DNA of 64,000 nt from positions 248,001 to 312,000 of the IMG/VR virus record IMGVR_UViG_3300003877_000001; one strand, 5' to 3'. Shown here piece after piece: positions 59,227-64,000 of the stretch (the stretch's first letter is position 1; the number at the start of each line of letters is the position of its first letter). The notes beneath the pieces were generated by a model that was given only the letters and a program-made list of their open reading frames with translations, made no database searches and was not told where the DNA came from. Made by a program: the position numbers and the translations under genes.

Positions 59227-60081
59227 ATGGAATCTGGAATATATAAAATATTAAATAATATAAACGGTAAATTTTATATTGGTAGTACTAAAAATTTTAA
59301 TAAAAGATGGGTATCACATAAATACCTATTGAGGTTAAATAAACATGAGAATAAACATTTACAATATGCATGGAATAAGTATGGTGAAGAACATTTTCAG
59401 TTTATTAAATTTCAAGATGTTAAAATAGAAAATCTAATAATTTGGGAACAACATTATATTAATACGTTAGACGTATATAATAGAAATATTGGTTATAATT
59501 TATCACCAACAGCAAATAGTACATTGGGGTTTAAATTTAGTGAAGAATCTAAAATGAAAATGAGTCTAGCTAAAAAGGGTAAGCAATCATCAAGAAAAAA
59601 TTATAAGCATTCAGAAGAAACTAAGAAAAAAATAGGTGAAAATAATAAAATTAGTCAATTGGGTAGAATACATAGTGAAGGTACAAAAATAAAAATGAGT
59701 AAATGGCATACCAATAAAATTGTAAGTGATGAAACTAAGAAAAAAATAAGTAAATATCGAACAGGTAAATTATTATGTGAAGAAACTAAAATAAAAATTT
59801 CACAAAAGATGATGGGTAATAAATATGCTTTAGGGCATAAACATACTGAAGAAACAAAAAAGAAAATATCTGAAATACTAAAAGGTCATAATGATAATAA
59901 TAAACCTAGAAATATAGGAGAATCTAATGGTATGTCAAAAACTAACGAATTAGAAGTTTTATCAATTAGAGATGATTACAATAATAAAAATTTATCAATT
60001 AAAGAATTAATGGTAAAATATAATAAAAACTATCAGTTTATATATAAAATAATTAAACGATTAAGATGGAATTGGTTATAA
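59227..60081 (+). CDS. Free-standing GIY-YIG homing endonuclease with NUMOD3 repeats
   Basis: SGIYKI...FYIGS...R; repeated (H)SEETKKKI; own GTATTTATA at 59215-59223. Confidence 0.92.
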   Translation: MESGIYKILNNINGKFYIGSTKNFNKRWVSHKYLLRLNKHENKHLQYAWNKYGEEHFQFIKFQDVKIENLIIWEQHYINTLDVYNRNIGYNLSPTANSTLGFKFSEESKMKMSLAKKGKQSSRKNYKHSEETKKKIGENNKISQLGRIHSEGTKIKMSKWHTNKIVSDETKKKISKYRTGKLLCEETKIKISQKMMGNKYALGHKHTEETKKKISEILKGHNDNNKPRNIGESNGMSKTNELEVLSIRDDYNNKNLSIKELMVKYNKNYQFIYKIIKRLRWNWL

Positions 60082-60465
60082 TACCGTTGTTTTGGTAATA
60101 CTATCTCCGATAATAATCTGTATGGTATCATCAAGAGGTAATTTAATTTTTCCACATTCAGTTCCTAAAAAGTCGACCACAAATTCACCACTGTACAATC
60201 CATCTTTTTTAGTATCTTTTAATTTTAATCTTATTGCTAAAGTATAAATTGATTCATCTAATTTTTCATAAATATTTTCAACAATAATTAATTTAGCTTC
60301 TCTATTGGCTACTCTATAATTACCAGTATTTGTATCTATCATTGAAAATGTAACAGCTACATTCTTCATCATTTCATTGGAGATGTCTAATTTTTCCATC
60401 ATCCATTGTTCTAATGGAAATTTAATTTCTGGAAGGGTACTATTTTTTTTTATAAAGATTGTCAT
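60076..60465 (-). CDS. Putative virion protein (BppU N-terminal-like)
   Basis: IFIKKNSTLP...DTKKDGLYSGEFVVDF...IKLP pattern. Confidence 0.5.
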   Translation of the reverse strand: MTIFIKKNSTLPEIKFPLEQWMMEKLDISNEMMKNVAVTFSMIDTNTGNYRVANREAKLIIVENIYEKLDESIYTLAIRLKLKDTKKDGLYSGEFVVDFLGTECGKIKLPLDDTIQIIIGDSITKTTVL

Positions 60466-61124
60466 TATACATATATGTTATTTTCTTCGTAATTAATATT
60501 TACTTCATTATATAAATACTCTCTAACTTTTGTTCCTTGTGCGTTAATTGGTGAATCTAACCAAGTATAATTACTATTGGTCATTATTGAATTTTTTAAT
60601 GGCTCTAAAATACCTTCAATATATAAACCAATATTTGAAGATATTTCTCCTAAGAATTGAAATCCACTTGCCTCTGCATTATCTCTTGTCATACCAACTG
60701 CTGCTTGTAATAAATATAACGTAGCAATTTTCATATTAGAAATAATACTTCTTCTTCTTTTTTCACCTGCCGCAATTGATTCTTCAGGTGTATAGTATTT
60801 TGTTACGTGATTTATAGCACCTATTGTGTCTCCACTCATTACAGTACCACCACTATAATTAATATCACCATCACAATACCAATTAATAATCATCTCACGT
60901 CTATTAAGCATACGATTAACACGATAATAAGTTCTTGTTTCTTTAACTATTAATTCAGAATATATAGTACCATCATATTCACCGTAATATTCAATTGTTT
61001 TTAATTCACCCTTTTCCTTATTTTTCTTTCTATGTAATCCTAATATTGTATAATCAATATCAAATGGTGGATTATTAAAATCTATTGGATTACTGTTTTT
61101 TGTATAGTTGTATATTTTAAACAT
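60465..61124 (-). CDS. Hypothetical protein (tail-fibre associated)
   Basis: 219-aa ORF in the fibre operon. Confidence 0.65.
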   Translation of the reverse strand: MFKIYNYTKNSNPIDFNNPPFDIDYTILGLHRKKNKEKGELKTIEYYGEYDGTIYSELIVKETRTYYRVNRMLNRREMIINWYCDGDINYSGGTVMSGDTIGAINHVTKYYTPEESIAAGEKRRRSIISNMKIATLYLLQAAVGMTRDNAEASGFQFLGEISSNIGLYIEGILEPLKNSIMTNSNYTWLDSPINAQGTKVREYLYNEVNINYEENNIYV

Positions 61125-61128
61125 AATG

Positions 61129-62211
61129 TTAATATCTAAATCCTGTTATATAATATGCTCCAGAACCTGCTTGTGGAAGTAGAAATGGTGTTAATATAAT
61201 GTCATCAGCAGGATTATTTGAAATCCATGTGTATAATACTGTTTCATTATCCCAGTCATTTTCATCGACTTCACATATGTGACATTCAGCACCATCACCA
61301 CCAGAATTTTCAAATTTCAATTTATAAAATTTATTTACATCAAAACTTATTGTTTTACCTATATTCTGATTCCAATTAGTAACATCACCACCACCATAAA
61401 ATGTATTAACACTATTATTATTATTATACATACCAATTTCTTGTTTATAATATGCGGAACTAATTGTTGAAATATCTAAAGATTTTGATGCTATACCTAG
61501 CATAAATAATACATCTGATGTTCTAGTAAAAATAATTTCAAATGTTATATTTTCAGTTCTATTCCAAAAATATGAACCAAACTTAACACCTCTATTCCAC
61601 GATGATGTAGAAGATGAAAATCTAAGTCCATTAGTTGTATCTTGTTCAACATTTATTCCTGAAGTCATTTCTAATCCTAGATTAACTATTGGTTCACTTC
61701 TTAAATCAACAGTAATTTTAGTTTTTATTAAAATTTTATTGAATCCAGATTCTTTTGATTGTAAATCTGCATTATAAACAATTATATTAAATAATCCTTC
61801 ATTTGTACCTACCGTAATCTCTACCCTTAATTGTTTTGGTGAATCAAAATAAACAGTATTTACGAAATTACCAACACCAGATATTTCAACGGTTGAAAAT
61901 GGTGAAAAATTAATTCCCATTATTGATATTATTTTCGTAGCAGTTGGTTCAAAATCACTATTTACAATATTTTCAATATGTGGTTCTAAATCTAAACCAC
62001 TTGCAGTTTCTTCATAGAATGTTCTAATTGTTTCTTCATCATTTATAACCACATTCATACCATCCCATTTATAGAACATTAAAGGTTGTGAAGTGGGAAA
62101 ATCATAATCTGTTTCTATTTCAATTTCATTTGCTAATAAATCAAGAAATTTACCACCACTAATTTCAATGATTGTATTGTTTTTGTTAATATCTATTTTT
62201 ATCCAATTCAT
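61129..62211 (-). CDS. Putative virion protein with Ig-like and lectin-like beta domains
   Basis: ISIMGINFSP...SPKQLRVEITV (IPT-like), then an aromatic beta-rich domain. Confidence 0.5.
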   Translation of the reverse strand: MNWIKIDINKNNTIIEISGGKFLDLLANEIEIETDYDFPTSQPLMFYKWDGMNVVINDEETIRTFYEETASGLDLEPHIENIVNSDFEPTATKIISIMGINFSPFSTVEISGVGNFVNTVYFDSPKQLRVEITVGTNEGLFNIIVYNADLQSKESGFNKILIKTKITVDLRSEPIVNLGLEMTSGINVEQDTTNGLRFSSSTSSWNRGVKFGSYFWNRTENITFEIIFTRTSDVLFMLGIASKSLDISTISSAYYKQEIGMYNNNNSVNTFYGGGDVTNWNQNIGKTISFDVNKFYKLKFENSGGDGAECHICEVDENDWDNETVLYTWISNNPADDIILTPFLLPQAGSGAYYITGFRY

Positions 62212-63731
62212 TATCCTAAATATTTAATTCTAACAAATGAAGCATTTGGTTTTGTTAAAGTACTATTATTATCACCTAATCTAAACAATATAACATCTAA
62301 TGTATCATTAATATTAAATTGTATTGTTGTAGTGGGTAATGAATTATGGTTATCATCATTAGAACTATTTCTAGTATAATTTGCTGTTAATGTTTTATCA
62401 ATCACAGTACCATTTTTTCTAATTTGTACACCCGTTGTTGATCTACCATTTGTTTGATTATTAGAATTAACATTAAATGAGACTTCGTAGTAGCCACTCT
62501 TTAATATTGTGATAGTACTACCACTAATTATATGTGAATATGTTGTATTATCAATAAATTCATGAGTATCCCATTTCATTGGAATTGGTATTACATTGGT
62601 TATTTCTTGCCCACCAACACCATCAATTAATTCACATAAACCATCTAATGGATTAATAGATACTGGTGCTAATGATACTGTTGCTTTACCACCTGTATTA
62701 TCTGTAACGGTAAAACCACTATCAAAATTAATTGTATCATGTGGTGTATTTGGAACATTAATGTTATTTGATTGTAAATTAACTGAACCACTATTACCAG
62801 TTATTGCAGACAATGAAATATTTGTATTATCTAAATTACCACTACTATTAAATGTTCCAAGATTACCAATTGCACCTGTAACTTTATCTATTTTTTGATC
62901 TGTTGTTGCAGATATTGTGTTAACTTTAGTATCGTTTGCAACAGTATAATCAATAAAAGATTGTAATGTCGCACCACCATCAACAAGATTACCACTTACA
63001 TTAAACGTTCCTAAATTACCTGTTACACCAGTAACTATATTAATTTTATTATCTAAATTCGTTTGTGTTTGTGCTGTATAACCTATAAATGTGTTTTGAG
63101 AAACCACTGTTATTCCAGATGTACCAGAAATAGGTACGCCAAATACACCAACACTGTGGTCTAAATCAACTAAAACGTCTGGCAATGTACCATTATCACC
63201 CTGACCAATTTCAACTCTAAATCCTGTTGTTGATACAATTGATATTTGTGTGTTAGTATCTGTTGTTGATCCAAATGGTTGTGCAAATACACCATAATTT
63301 ATTGATGATGTTGGTTGGTTAAATGTATAATCATATCTTCCTACACTTGTTCTTGTAACTGTTAACCCAAATCCTTCTGTTTGTGTACCATTTCCTAATG
63401 TTTTAGAAAATGCATATAATGCAGATTCAGAATTTAATCTATCTAATTCAGTTCTTGTTGTTGCAGTATATCCTGTAAATTGATTTTGATTAACATCATC
63501 CTCTCCAATTAATGGTTCTGTTGAATTTAAATAATTATTAATTGTTTGATCATCATTAACTATAATACTACCTGTTGATTCTTTATATAAATAAAGTGGC
63601 TGAATTTCAGGTATATCAAAATCAATAAATATTTCACCAGTATTAGGTGGTAGGGGAGCAAAACTATTTACACCCCTATCAATTAACGTATTATTAAAGT
63701 TTGTATCGTATAGAAAATATTCAAATGCCAT
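62211..63731 (-). CDS. Tail fibre-like protein with C1q/BclA-like C-terminal domain
   Basis: Repeats FxGYTAxT and KIxxVTGxxGNLGTFNxSGNL; C-terminal ITILKSGYYEVSFNV...LDV. Confidence 0.65.
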   Translation of the reverse strand: MAFEYFLYDTNFNNTLIDRGVNSFAPLPPNTGEIFIDFDIPEIQPLYLYKESTGSIIVNDDQTINNYLNSTEPLIGEDDVNQNQFTGYTATTRTELDRLNSESALYAFSKTLGNGTQTEGFGLTVTRTSVGRYDYTFNQPTSSINYGVFAQPFGSTTDTNTQISIVSTTGFRVEIGQGDNGTLPDVLVDLDHSVGVFGVPISGTSGITVVSQNTFIGYTAQTQTNLDNKINIVTGVTGNLGTFNVSGNLVDGGATLQSFIDYTVANDTKVNTISATTDQKIDKVTGAIGNLGTFNSSGNLDNTNISLSAITGNSGSVNLQSNNINVPNTPHDTINFDSGFTVTDNTGGKATVSLAPVSINPLDGLCELIDGVGGQEITNVIPIPMKWDTHEFIDNTTYSHIISGSTITILKSGYYEVSFNVNSNNQTNGRSTTGVQIRKNGTVIDKTLTANYTRNSSNDDNHNSLPTTTIQFNINDTLDVILFRLGDNNSTLTKPNASFVRIKYLG

Positions 63732-63760
63732 ATAATTTTACTGTTCACCATTTCAATATA

Positions 63761-64000
63761 TTATTGAAGTTTATCTTTTTTCTTTATTAATATGCTACCA
63801 TTTGGTGATGTTATTGCACTACCACTTCTAGCTGTTCTAAATCCAACCAAATCTAAACTATCACCTGCTGTTAAAGTAATTAATATTGTTGGTAAATTTA
63901 TTGTACCAGCAGCGTTATTCCTAGAAGTCCAACCTGCTGATGTAGCATTATCGATTGTTGTGGCATTATTTAATATTAAATTAGTACCAATTGATTTATC
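63761..64000 (-). CDS. 3' end of another fibre-like protein (partial), C1q-like tail
   Basis: Open frame from 64000: ...LPTILITLTAGDSLDLVGFR...DKLQ*, similar to the C-terminus of 62211..63731. Confidence 0.65.
   Translation of the reverse strand, partial: DKSIGTNLILNNATTIDNATSAGWTSRNNAAGTINLPTILITLTAGDSLDLVGFRTARSGSAITSPNGSILIKKKDKLQ

Noticed and set aside
842-62898. Many short plus-strand ORFs and short nested minus-strand ORFs in the track (e.g. 8427-8732, 33952-34221, 52053-52433, 62596-62898)
   Set aside because: They shadow long real genes and show no domain motifs. Only 55362-56300 has a coherent domain architecture.
1-64000. Stop-codon reassignment as seen in some large phages
   Set aside because: Conserved genes are full length in code 11, and TAG ends genes at sensible positions (27919, 41896, 46694, 55362).
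1-64000. tRNA, rRNA or group I intron sequences
   Set aside because: No cloverleaf or intron core recognised by eye; intergenic gaps are short and explained by promoters, terminators or relics. A tRNAscan/Infernal run would be needed to exclude them fully.

Overview
AT-rich (roughly 25% GC by eye), gene-dense segment of a large tailed-phage genome. It has a T4-like baseplate (gp6/gp25) and is almost entirely encoded on the minus strand in genetic code 11. A Bacteroidota host is inferred from TAnnTTTG promoters and the lack of Shine-Dalgarno sites. It holds replication/recombination genes (family B DNA polymerase, SNF2 helicase with two inteins, primase, fused Mre11-Rad50, RuvC-like resolvase), an ECF sigma factor, Hsp20, Pth2 and dCMP deaminase. 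A baseplate/tail block is interleaved with glycosyltransferases, and there is an RNA-repair and multidomain-enzyme block (CCA-adding enzyme, HAD, 2H phosphoesterase, GNAT+kinase, WYL, Nudix, ParB-like). Several intact and decayed homing endonucleases are present. Main observations: (1) the second helicase intein has no in-frame nuclease; a complete zinc-finger/DUF559-type endonuclease gene is overprinted inside it in the +1 frame, with both frames open for 939 nt. (2) A plant HPAT/SGT1 (GT95/GT96)-like protein O-glycosyltransferase sits beside virion proteins with mucin-like poly-Thr tracts, a candidate virion glycosylation system. (3) Modular enzymes are separated by (I/L)xE linkers, candidate prohead-protease-processed cargo. 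(4) A two-copy conserved structured RNA element occurs. (5) A recurrent GTATTTATA promoter-like motif precedes many genes. All assignments come from visual motif recognition; no searches were run.
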